From Candidatus Latescibacterota bacterium (GTDB lineage Bacteria > Latescibacterota > UBA2968 > UBA8231), in NCBI GenBank assembly GCA_965206595.1, contig OZ242214.1:832001-896000 (forward strand): a stretch of 64,000 bases of DNA, given 5' to 3'. The translations under genes and the position numbers were made by a program. Positions 28,691 to 37,580 of this stretch are shown piece by piece (position 1 is the stretch's first letter; each line of letters opens with the position of its first letter). Below the pieces are notes generated by a model, which had not been told where the DNA came from, did no database searches, and worked only from the letters and a program-made list of their open reading frames with translations.

Positions 28691-29440
28691 ATGCCAGCAC
28701 CGATCGCCCTGCAGCTGTACACCCTGCGGGAAGCCGCGGCCCGGGACTTCGAGGGCACGGTTCGCACGGTCGCCGAGATCGGCTACCTCGGCGTCGAGCC
28801 GGCCGGTTTCCCGGGCACCACCCCCGAAGGGGCCAAAAAGCTGTTCGACGACCTCGAACTCGAGGTCTGCAGCGCCCACCTCCCGCTTCCGGCGGGAGAC
28901 ACCCTGTCCGAGTCGCTGGAGACCGCCGAGGCCCTCGGCACGAGGCGCGTGATCTCCGGCCGCGGCAGGGATCAGTTCTCCTCCCTCGACCGCATAGCGG
29001 AGTCGAGCGATCTCTTCAACGAGGCCGCGGCGAACTGCGCCGGGCGCGGATATACCTTCGGCATCCACAATCACTGGTGGGAGTTCCTAGAGGTCGAAGG
29101 AGTGCCGGCGTACAGGCATCTGCTCGGGAAGCTCAGCCCCGAGGTCATCTTCCAGATCGACGCCTACTGGGTGCAGACGGCCGGCGCCGACCCTGCGGAA
29201 GTCATCGCAGGGCTCGGAAGCCGCGCCCCGCTCGTGCACCTGAAGGACGGCCCGTGCACGCGGGAGGACGACATGCTGCCGCTCGGCGAGGGGGTCACCG
29301 ACTTCGACCGCATCGCCGCCGCCGGCGACAGCGTCGAGTGGTGGATCGTCGAGCTCGACCGCTGCGCCACCGACATGACCGAGGCGGTGGCGATGAGCCA
29401 CGCCTTCCTGACCGGCCGGGGCTACGCGCGGGGCAGGTAG
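28691..29440 (+). CDS. sugar phosphate isomerase/epimerase (xylose isomerase-like TIM barrel)
   Basis: ALQLYTLR, GYLGVE, HNHWWEF, QIDAYWV, VHLKDG, LGEG..DF, WIVELD. Confidence 0.9.
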   Translation: MPAPIALQLYTLREAAARDFEGTVRTVAEIGYLGVEPAGFPGTTPEGAKKLFDDLELEVCSAHLPLPAGDTLSESLETAEALGTRRVISGRGRDQFSSLDRIAESSDLFNEAAANCAGRGYTFGIHNHWWEFLEVEGVPAYRHLLGKLSPEVIFQIDAYWVQTAGADPAEVIAGLGSRAPLVHLKDGPCTREDDMLPLGEGVTDFDRIAAAGDSVEWWIVELDRCATDMTEAVAMSHAFLTGRGYARGR

Positions 29441-29621
29441 CGGCCATGCCACTTTTCAGGGTTGCCGCGGCGCAGTTGCAGAAGGGAGGTGTCCCCCACT
29501 TGGAAGGTTTCCCTGCCCGGATGGCAGGGGCGCTTGAACGCCGCAAGCGGCCGGCGGGTGCAACTGCCGGCATCCGGGAACGAACCGGCCCTGCCGATTC
29601 CGACTCACCGGGGGCCGCGGC

Positions 29622-31778
29622 GTGAGCACGGCTCGCGGAAACAGGGCCGGCCGCGGCCTCTCCGCCGAGTACCGGGAGCACCTGGCGCAACGCGACCGCG
29701 CCTCCCTCGGGCTGCGCTCCGGTGATCTGACCTGGCGGGGATTCTGGATCGGCAGTCTGCTCAGCTTCTTCCTCGCCACCAGCGCCCCGTACGCCAACAT
29801 GGTGCTTGCGGACTACGTGGCGGCGGATTTCGACACTCGGGGCGCCATCTTTCTCTTCTTCCTGCTGATCGGGGGGTTGAACCTCCTGTTAAAGCTTGCC
29901 CGCGGGATGGGCCATGCCCTGTCCCTGGCCGCGGTAACCGCGGCGGGCTGGTCGTGGGCGTACCAGCCTTTCGACGCACTCGATCCCTACTCCCCCGGCC
30001 TCCACTTCTCCAGCCTGCTGGTGCTGGCCACGCTGGCCAACGTCGTTGCCGTGGCGCGGGGCCGCAGCCTCGCTCTCAACCGGTCCGAGCTGATCCTCGT
30101 CTACGCGATGATGCTGATCGTCTCCGCCCTCTGCACCATGGGGATGAGCGAGCAGCTGCCGGGGATGATCTGCGCCCTCTTCTACTACGCCTCGCCGGAG
30201 AACCAGTGGGCGGAGCGGCTGTTCCCGCACCTCGACCGGCGCACCCTCGTAGACGACGGGGCCGGCAACGTACTGTTCTACGAGGGGGTGGGGGAAGGGG
30301 AGATCCCGTACGGCGCCTGGGTCGAGCCGCTGCTCTGGTGGGCGGTCTTCCTGCTGGCCCTGTACGTGGCGATGGTGTCGATCGTCGTGATCCTGCGGCG
30401 CCAGTGGATGGAGCGGGAACGGCTCGCCTATCCGGTAGTGCAGGTCGGGTTGGCGATGATCCGGGGCGAGGACCAGGACCGCCTGGTAAACCGCTTCTTC
30501 AAGAACCCTTCCATGTGGATAGGGTGGTCGGTTCCGATGTTCTTCGGCCTTCTGGGGGCCCTGCAGTCGTACGGTATCAACGTTCCCAGGCCTTCCCTTA
30601 CCTGGACCGCCTCCCTGTTCGGCGTGCAGCCCGTTACCATGGCCATCAACTTCGTCGTCCTGGGGTTCTCCTACCTGATCCACACGCACCTGGCTTTGGG
30701 AATCTGCGTCTTCCACCTGCTGGCCAAGTGCGAGAAGGCCTTCTTCCAGATCGCCGGAATCAACTCGTCGCAGACGATCATCTTCGGAGTGGCCGGCTTT
30801 CCCCTGCTGGGGTACCAGGGAACGGGCGCGCTGATCGCCATGGTCCTGGTCGGCCTGTGGCTGGGCCGCGAGCATCTCAAGGCGGTGGTGCTCAAGGCGG
30901 TCGGCCTGGCGCCGCACGTCGACGACAGCGGCGAGATCATGTCCTACCGCGGCGCCGTAGCCGGAGCCGCGGGGGGAGTTCTGGTGATGGTTGTCTGGCT
31001 CTGGATTATGGGCACGCCGGCGTGGATCTCCCTGGTCTTCGTCGTCGCGGCGCTGCTGATCTTCATCGGCATCACCCGCATCGTGGTAGAGGCCGGCCTG
31101 GTCCAGCTGCGCGCGCCGATATGCGCCCCCGACCTTGTGATCCAGGGGATCGGCTCCAGCCTGGTCGGAACCACCGGAGTGATGAACCTGTCCCTCGCCT
31201 ACCTGTGGGCCGCGGACGTCAGGGTGTTCGTGATGGGCACCTGCGCCAACGCCCTCAAGATGATCGAGGAGATGGACCCCCGCAGCCGGCGCCTGGTGTT
31301 CCTGGCGATCGTCCTGGCGCTGCTGATCGGCGCCCTCGGCTCCCTGTGGATGATCTTCCACCTGACTTACAAGTACGGCGGGATAAACATGAACAGCTGG
31401 TTCTTCCACAGGGGGCCGGCCGTCGCTTACGAGAATGCGGTGCGCAACCTCGAGCCCCAGGGGGTGTACTGGCCGGGGGTGGGGTTTTTCGCCGGCGGGG
31501 GGGTGGCGATGGCGCTGATGATGTTCGCCCGCGCCCGCCTATCCTGGTGGCCTCTCCATCCCATCGGTTTTCCCATAGGCGCCAACCACATGACCGACTG
31601 GGCCTGGTTTTCGGTGTTCCTCGCCTGGGCCATCAAGGTATGCGTGCTGCGCCTCGGAGGGGCGTCCGCGTACCACCGCAGCGTGCCGTTCTTCCTCGGG
31701 ATTCTCACCGGGGAGGTCACGAGCATGGGGGTGTGGCTCGTCGTCGGCTACTTCACCGGAACCATCTCGTACGCCTGA
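29622..31778 (+). CDS. polytopic membrane protein (DUF6785/DUF6784-like, putative transporter)
   Basis: Many TM segments; ILRRQWMERERLAYP, TRIVVEAG, YKYGG, WWPLHPIGF, FLAWAIK, PFFLG motifs. Confidence 0.7.
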   Translation: MSTARGNRAGRGLSAEYREHLAQRDRASLGLRSGDLTWRGFWIGSLLSFFLATSAPYANMVLADYVAADFDTRGAIFLFFLLIGGLNLLLKLARGMGHALSLAAVTAAGWSWAYQPFDALDPYSPGLHFSSLLVLATLANVVAVARGRSLALNRSELILVYAMMLIVSALCTMGMSEQLPGMICALFYYASPENQWAERLFPHLDRRTLVDDGAGNVLFYEGVGEGEIPYGAWVEPLLWWAVFLLALYVAMVSIVVILRRQWMERERLAYPVVQVGLAMIRGEDQDRLVNRFFKNPSMWIGWSVPMFFGLLGALQSYGINVPRPSLTWTASLFGVQPVTMAINFVVLGFSYLIHTHLALGICVFHLLAKCEKAFFQIAGINSSQTIIFGVAGFPLLGYQGTGALIAMVLVGLWLGREHLKAVVLKAVGLAPHVDDSGEIMSYRGAVAGAAGGVLVMVVWLWIMGTPAWISLVFVVAALLIFIGITRIVVEAGLVQLRAPICAPDLVIQGIGSSLVGTTGVMNLSLAYLWAADVRVFVMGTCANALKMIEEMDPRSRRLVFLAIVLALLIGALGSLWMIFHLTYKYGGINMNSWFFHRGPAVAYENAVRNLEPQGVYWPGVGFFAGGGVAMALMMFARARLSWWPLHPIGFPIGANHMTDWAWFSVFLAWAIKVCVLRLGGASAYHRSVPFFLGILTGEVTSMGVWLVVGYFTGTISYA

Positions 31779-31814
31779 GCCCGGCGATTCCCCGCGCCGC
31801 GGATCGCCCTGGCA

Positions 31815-33623
31815 CTAACGGAAGGGGATCCCGTCCCGGTGCCAGGGGAAGCGGAAGCTCGGGGTTGCTGCGTAGCGCTGCATGCCGATGCAGAGCCGGA
31901 CCTGGGCGCCGGGACGCAGGTGCACCTTGAAACAGCCGCCGTCGACGGCGATCTCCTCCCCGTCTCCCGAGACCACTTTTCCGAAGCGGTGCTCTCCGAA
32001 GGAGCCGGCGGCCACCAAAACGCCGCGCGCCTCGACCGGGCTGAGGTTGACCAGGGTCAGGGCCATGCCGTCCGCCTCCAGGCGCGTCACCAGGGCGGCC
32101 ACGTCCGGGGGCAGGCCGGGCCGCCGCCGCTCCGGGTCGTAGTAGCGCACCCGCCCCTGGGCGAGTCCACCCCAGTAGATCGGCTGCGGGCCGCCGCTGG
32201 TCAGCTGCACGAGGGCTTCGGTCACCACCGGGTTGACCTGCTGCCACCAGTGCACGTCGAGGGCGGTCAGGTCCTGCTCATCGGCAAGCACCCTGGCGAG
32301 CCGGTCGCAGACCTCGCGGTAGTTCGCCTGCAGGATGCGTTCGGGATAGTCCGGGGCCTCGCCGGCGAGGAAGCGCGTCCAGGCGCGGTCGTCCGCGGCG
32401 CGCACTGACCGCTGGGTTACGCCTGCCCACTCCTCCTCCCCGCCGCGGCGCAGGACCTCGAGGCGCTGCCGGTCCTCTTCGGCCATCGACGCCGCCCACA
32501 GGTGCACGGGCAGGTGGGGGGCGGCCGCACCGAACTCGCACCAGCCCTCGGAGGTGTGCTTGTGCGGCACCAGCAGGCGGCCCTCCTCCTTCCTGGCATG
32601 GGCGATCAGGGTGTCGAGGTGCATGCGCGGCAGCTCGAGATACCCTGCGTCCCCGGTCACCAGGCAGGCCGCTTCCGCGGCGATGGTCACGGCGCAGGAC
32701 ATCATCTGGTGGCCGTAGGTCCCGGTCCATCCGTAGAAGCCCCCCCACCATTCGCCCCCCCGGGTTTCCCCGACGATGCCGCCGTGGCCGACGTTGTCCG
32801 GGACGATCCCTCCGTTGGCCCGGGTGCGCTCGATCCAGGCGCCGGCGTACTCCTCGATCCAGCCGCGGTAGCGCGCCTCCCCGGTGTAGAGGAAGGCGGT
32901 CGCCATCAGGGGAACGATCCCGAGGTTGACGGTGACGTCCCCCTGCATCACCACCTCGTCGAAACGGCGGTGGACCTGCTCCCGCAGGTCCGCGTCCAGC
33001 CACCACTCCGGCGGCGGCGGCTTCCACCCCGGACCGAGGGTGGCGTGCCCGTGCTCGATGTTGTAGCGGACGTCGCTGAAGCGCGCGCTCGCACGCGGCC
33101 CCCTGCTGCCGCTGAACGGCGAGCGCACGATCCGGTGCCGCGGGTCGTAGTTGGGAGCCTCGGGGTCTTCCCCGAGGTAAAAGCCGGCGAAGCGCCGCGC
33201 CCGGCGCATCGTCTCCCGGCTGGTCGGGTCGGCCATGCCGAGGTGGTAGAAATAGATGTAGTTCTCGGCGTTGTGGAACCAGTCGTCGTCGCTGATGAAC
33301 TCCCTGTGGGCGCGGCCGTAGTCGTACTCGATCTGGCGGGTGACGGCGTTCCACTGCTCGAACGACTTGACCCCGGTGTAGTCGCTGCCGCCGAGGGCGT
33401 GGTAGTGGGGCCAGTTGAAGAAGGCCTCGTACAGGTCGTCGGCCCAGACCCCGTCCCCGGGGTAGTCCTCGCGCCAGACGAGGGCGCCCCCCCGGCGGGT
33501 GTACTTCTCGAGAAAGATCCGCGCCGCGGCGTCGATGGCGTCGATCAACTGCCGCTCGAGGACCGCCCATCCTGGCGGGGCGGTGCGTTCGCTGCCCGTA
33601 ATGGTCTTCATCAATGGAGTCAT
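31815..33623 (-). CDS. conserved hypothetical protein (Trp/Gly-rich, possible alpha/alpha-barrel carbohydrate enzyme)
   Basis: About 600 aa with typical coding bias; motifs DDLYEAFFNWP, DWFH, EAPNYDP, PDNVG..G.VGE..GGEWWGGFYGW. Function not recognised. Confidence 0.7.
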   Translation of the reverse strand: MTPLMKTITGSERTAPPGWAVLERQLIDAIDAAARIFLEKYTRRGGALVWREDYPGDGVWADDLYEAFFNWPHYHALGGSDYTGVKSFEQWNAVTRQIEYDYGRAHREFISDDDWFHNAENYIYFYHLGMADPTSRETMRRARRFAGFYLGEDPEAPNYDPRHRIVRSPFSGSRGPRASARFSDVRYNIEHGHATLGPGWKPPPPEWWLDADLREQVHRRFDEVVMQGDVTVNLGIVPLMATAFLYTGEARYRGWIEEYAGAWIERTRANGGIVPDNVGHGGIVGETRGGEWWGGFYGWTGTYGHQMMSCAVTIAAEAACLVTGDAGYLELPRMHLDTLIAHARKEEGRLLVPHKHTSEGWCEFGAAAPHLPVHLWAASMAEEDRQRLEVLRRGGEEEWAGVTQRSVRAADDRAWTRFLAGEAPDYPERILQANYREVCDRLARVLADEQDLTALDVHWWQQVNPVVTEALVQLTSGGPQPIYWGGLAQGRVRYYDPERRRPGLPPDVAALVTRLEADGMALTLVNLSPVEARGVLVAAGSFGEHRFGKVVSGDGEEIAVDGGCFKVHLRPGAQVRLCIGMQRYAATPSFRFPWHRDGIPFR

Positions 33624-33682
33624 CCCTCTGTTTTCTGCCCGTGGCCGGCGGCGGGGAGCGTGCCGGGTGACTGCGGCCGCCC

Positions 33683-34459
33683 TCATTCCTCGCCGGCGAA
33701 AATTCTGCGGAACTCCGCGAACGACACGCGCAGATCGATGTTCTGGCAGTCGATGGCCGTGACCGGCGTGTCCCGGCGCGTGTAGCTCCAGCGCACTGGC
33801 TGCTCGAAGTGCCAGAGCCGGAGGGAGCGGTAGTAGCGGCTCAGCAGCTCGTCGGTGCGCTCGTTGCGCGAGCCGCTCGGGTAGGCGAAGTGGCTGGGGG
33901 CGAACCCGAGGCGCCGCTCGAAGATGCTGTTGGCGAGCTCGGCTTCGCGCAGCACGCCCCCGTCTCCTTCCTCGGCGTGGCGGTCGGCCAGCTTGCAGTG
34001 GGTCGCTGTGTGGGCGCCGATCTCCCAGCCGTCTTCGACGAGCCGCGCCACCTGCTCCCAGGTCATGAACGGCTTCTCGACCACCCCCTCGGTGAGGGTG
34101 CGCACCGCCGCGGAACGCCCACTGCTGGCCGCATCGATGCCGTCGGTGATCGGGAAGCAGGTGGCGGGGTACCCGAAGTCGTCGAGGAGCGGCTTGACCA
34201 CGGTGGCCGTGTCGAGCCAGCCGTTGTCGAAGTGCAGGACCGCGGCCTTTTCGGGCAGCCCGGTTTCGCCGAGGAGCCAGTCGACGACGCGGGAGGTGCC
34301 GGCCACCGTCCAGCCGCCGGCGCGCAGGTATTCGAGGTGCCGGGTGAACTCCGACAGAGCGACGACGCCGGCGGTCCGGGCGGCAACGGCAGCGGCCAGT
34401 TCCGCGGAGTCATCGGGGTACACGTGGTGGTAGACGAGAATCGGTACGCAGCGGTCCAT
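33683..34459 (-). CDS. polysaccharide deacetylase family protein
   Basis: PILVYHHV, LHFDNG (variant of TFDDG), MTWEQV, WEIGAHTATH, FAYPSG. Confidence 0.85.
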   Translation of the reverse strand: MDRCVPILVYHHVYPDDSAELAAAVAARTAGVVALSEFTRHLEYLRAGGWTVAGTSRVVDWLLGETGLPEKAAVLHFDNGWLDTATVVKPLLDDFGYPATCFPITDGIDAASSGRSAAVRTLTEGVVEKPFMTWEQVARLVEDGWEIGAHTATHCKLADRHAEEGDGGVLREAELANSIFERRLGFAPSHFAYPSGSRNERTDELLSRYYRSLRLWHFEQPVRWSYTRRDTPVTAIDCQNIDLRVSFAEFRRIFAGEE

Positions 34460-34519
34460 CTTTGTCCTTCCCGGGTGCTGTCCCTTTCTTTGGAGCCGCT
34501 CAATCTGGAGCAACCAGCC

Positions 34520-34561
34520 GATGCAAACAAACGCCGACTTGATGCAAACAAACGCCGACTT
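34520..34561 (+). repeat. exact 21-bp tandem duplication spanning the start codon
   Basis: GATGCAAACAAACGCCGACTT twice, giving MQTNADL-MQTNADL. Confidence 0.9.
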
Positions 34562-35462
34562 AGTAACGCGGTTCGCCTTCATCACCGATACCCATTACCA
34601 CCCGGACGCCCCCTGGGATTTCGGGGCGCCGAAAATGCTCACCCGCGCCCCGGAGGTCCTGGCGGCCACGGTTCCCGCGGTCAACGCGCTGCAGCCTGAC
34701 TTCATCCTGCACGGGGGGGATCTGGTCTGCGGGGGTACCGCCTTCGAACTGCCGGACGATCTCTACGAGCAGTCCCTGCGCGACGTCGCCGCGGCGTTCG
34801 CCGGGTTCGAGGCCCCGGTCCACTGCGTTCCCGGCAATCACGACTGCCGGGCAAGCGACCTCTCCTTCGATGCCCTCGGCAGCACCTTCCCGGTTCCCGG
34901 CATCCTCGAGATCGCCGAGGTCGCCCCCCGCCTCCGGGTCGCCCTCGCCAACGTCTACCACACCGGCCACGGAGACGGCGGCGGCCTCTGGACCGACGAG
35001 CTCGATGCCGCCCTGCGCGCGGCAAATCGCGACGCCCTGGCCGCCGGTTCGGCGCTCATTCTCGTTCAGCACCCCTGGATCCTCCCCAACTTCGTACCGG
35101 AAGGGGGCGGGGAAGACGCTGGTTGCATAGAGGGCGCCGTGCGGCTGCGCGCCACCCTCCGCGAATGCCCTGCCGTGGTCGCGGCCTTTACCGGCCACCG
35201 CCACATCAACCGCATTCGCATGCTGGGGGACCTCGTCGTCGTCGACACTGCCTGCCTGATCGGCTACCCCTTCGGGTTCCGGGAGGTGGCGCTAGATTCA
35301 CGGGGCTGGATGACCTGCCGCTTCCACCCGCTCGACCTGCCCGAGCTGATCCGGGAATCCTACGGCCGTTCCGACGAGCTCACGAACGACCGCTGGCGGG
35401 GCGAAGAGGGGGACCGGGACACAGTTGTCCTGCTGCCCAGGCTGCGGGAGCTGTGGCGGTAA
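34521..35462 (+). CDS. calcineurin-like metallophosphoesterase
   Basis: ITDTH, HGGDLV, PGNHD, QHP and GHRH motifs. Confidence 0.88.
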   Translation: MQTNADLMQTNADLVTRFAFITDTHYHPDAPWDFGAPKMLTRAPEVLAATVPAVNALQPDFILHGGDLVCGGTAFELPDDLYEQSLRDVAAAFAGFEAPVHCVPGNHDCRASDLSFDALGSTFPVPGILEIAEVAPRLRVALANVYHTGHGDGGGLWTDELDAALRAANRDALAAGSALILVQHPWILPNFVPEGGGEDAGCIEGAVRLRATLRECPAVVAAFTGHRHINRIRMLGDLVVVDTACLIGYPFGFREVALDSRGWMTCRFHPLDLPELIRESYGRSDELTNDRWRGEEGDRDTVVLLPRLRELWR

Positions 35463-35470
35463 CCGGGGCC

Positions 35471-37576
35471 ATGGCGAGTCTCGCGATCGACATCGGCGGC
35501 ACCTTCACCGACGTGGTGGTGGTCCGCTCCGGACCGGAGTCCCTGTCGGCAGCCAAGGTCCTCACTACCTATCCCGACCCCTCCCGGGGGGTGCTGGAAG
35601 GGGCGGCGAAAGCCTTGGAGTCCGCCGCGGTGCCGCCGGCGCAGGTCGAGCGCCTGATCCACGGCACCACCCTGATCACCAACGCCCTGATCGAGCGCAA
35701 GGGCGCGCGCACCGGCCTGCTGACGACGGCCGGCTTCAGGGACGCCCTGGAGATCGGCCGCGAGGGGCGCTACGACATCTACGACCTCTTCCTCGAGCTG
35801 CCCGAGCCCCTGGTCGAGCGGCGGCTGCGGCTCGAGGTGAGCGAGCGCCTGAACGCGCGCGGCGAAGTGCTGGAGGAGCTGGACGAAACCACGGTCCGCC
35901 AGGCCTGCATGCAGCTGGCCGAGGAAGGGGTCGAGGCGGTGGCGGTCTGTTTCCTGCACTCCTATGCCAACTCCGATCACGAGCGCCGCGCCGCGGCGAT
36001 AGCCTCCGAGCTGCTGCCCGAAGCCGCGGTCTCCGCCTCCCATGCAGTCGCTCCGCAGATGCGCGAGTACGAGCGCGCCTCGACGACGGTCGCCAACGCC
36101 TACGTAAAGCAGCTGGCCGGGCGCTACCTGAACAACCTCCAGGACGGCATGCGCCGCCTCGGGGTGCCGGCGCCGCTGCACGTCACGCTCTCCAACGGCG
36201 GCACCGCGACCGCGGCCACCGCGGCCGAGTTCCCGGTGCGGCTGGTCGAGTCCGGCCCGTGCGGCGGCGCCCTGGCGGCCGCGGAGGCGGCGAGGCGCTG
36301 CGGCTTCGAGGACCTGCTCGCCTTCGACATGGGGGGGACCACGGCCAAGGCCTTCCTCAGCACAGGTGGGGAGTTCCCGATCACCACCGAGTCCGAGGTT
36401 GCCCGCGTGTACCGCTTCAAACGCGGCAGCGGACTGCCCCTGCTGGTCCCGGTGCTGGACATGATCGAAATCGGCGCAGGCGGCGGCAGCATCGCCCGCA
36501 TCGACCCGCTCGGCCTGCCCGCGGTCGGCCCGGAGAGCGCCGGCTCTTCCCCGGGGCCGGCCTGTTACGGCCTCGGCGGGGAGCTTCCGACGGTCACCGA
36601 CGCCGACCTTCTGCTCGGTTTTCTGAACCCCGACTTCTTCCTCGGAGGGGAGATGGCCCTCGACCCGGAGGCCGCGGCGCGGGCGGTCTCCCGCATCGCC
36701 CGCGGCCTGAGCGACCCGGACCGGGCCGGGGGCGATGCGGGCAAACCTGATACCGCCGCGGCGGCCTGGGGGATCCACCGGCTGGTCAACGAGAACATGG
36801 CCAACGCCGCGCGCGTCCACGCCGCCGAGCGCGGCCTCGACGTCGCCGCCTGCGTCATGGTCGCCACCGGCGGCGCCGGTCCGGTGCACGCCTGCAAGGT
36901 CGCCGAGCTGCTCGGCATCGAGACGGTGATCGTGCCGGGCGCGGCAGGGGTCTCGTCGGCGATCGGGCTGCTGCTGGCGCCGCTGTCGTTCGACTTCTCG
37001 CAGTCCCTCGTCGCCCGGCTGGAGGAGGTCGACCCCGGCAGGGTCGACGAGCTGCTCGCCGGCCTCGAAATCCGGGGGCGCGGCATCGTCGCCGCCGGAG
37101 GCGTGTCCGGGGAGCAGGTCGAGGTGGTGCGCACCGCGGACATGCGCTACGTCGGCCAGGGGCACGAGATCCGCGTGCAGTTGCCGGACGGCAGCCTTCA
37201 GGAACAGCCAGGAACCGCGCTGCAGGAGGCCTTCGACGCCGAGTACAGCAGGTCGTACGGGCGCATCTGCGAGGGGGTTCCCGTCGAGGCCATCCACTGG
37301 CGCGTCACCGTCTCCGGGCCCAGGCCGCGGCTGCGGCTGCGGACCCCGGGGTCGTGCGGGACGCCGCTGAAGGGGGAACGCGAAGTCTTCTTCGACGGCT
37401 GCCCGCGGCCGGTGCCGGTCTTCGACCGCTACGCCCTGCCGGCCGCTTTCACCGCAACGGGCCCCCTGATCGTCGAAGAGGTGGAATCGACGACGGTGGT
37501 GCCGCCGGGCTGGAGCCTGAGCTCGACGGAGACAGGGGAGCTGCTGGCCCGAAGCAGCCGATCCCGGAGCGCCTGA
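35471..37576 (+). CDS. hydantoinase A/5-oxoprolinase family subunit
   Basis: DIGGTFTD, HGTTLITNALIERKG, REYERASTT..NAYV, ESGP.GG, DMGGTT, IGAGGGS, PTVTDA, MRYVGQGHE. Confidence 0.95.
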   Translation: MASLAIDIGGTFTDVVVVRSGPESLSAAKVLTTYPDPSRGVLEGAAKALESAAVPPAQVERLIHGTTLITNALIERKGARTGLLTTAGFRDALEIGREGRYDIYDLFLELPEPLVERRLRLEVSERLNARGEVLEELDETTVRQACMQLAEEGVEAVAVCFLHSYANSDHERRAAAIASELLPEAAVSASHAVAPQMREYERASTTVANAYVKQLAGRYLNNLQDGMRRLGVPAPLHVTLSNGGTATAATAAEFPVRLVESGPCGGALAAAEAARRCGFEDLLAFDMGGTTAKAFLSTGGEFPITTESEVARVYRFKRGSGLPLLVPVLDMIEIGAGGGSIARIDPLGLPAVGPESAGSSPGPACYGLGGELPTVTDADLLLGFLNPDFFLGGEMALDPEAAARAVSRIARGLSDPDRAGGDAGKPDTAAAAWGIHRLVNENMANAARVHAAERGLDVAACVMVATGGAGPVHACKVAELLGIETVIVPGAAGVSSAIGLLLAPLSFDFSQSLVARLEEVDPGRVDELLAGLEIRGRGIVAAGGVSGEQVEVVRTADMRYVGQGHEIRVQLPDGSLQEQPGTALQEAFDAEYSRSYGRICEGVPVEAIHWRVTVSGPRPRLRLRTPGSCGTPLKGEREVFFDGCPRPVPVFDRYALPAAFTATGPLIVEEVESTTVVPPGWSLSSTETGELLARSSRSRSA

Positions 37577-37580
37577 AACG

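Noticed and set aside
29441-29621. Riboswitch-like fragments (GGGAAACC...CCTCCC on the minus strand; GGTGCAACTGCC on the plus strand)
   Set aside because: Only isolated sub-motifs of Moco or cobalamin elements; the Moco-like one is in the wrong orientation for any downstream gene.
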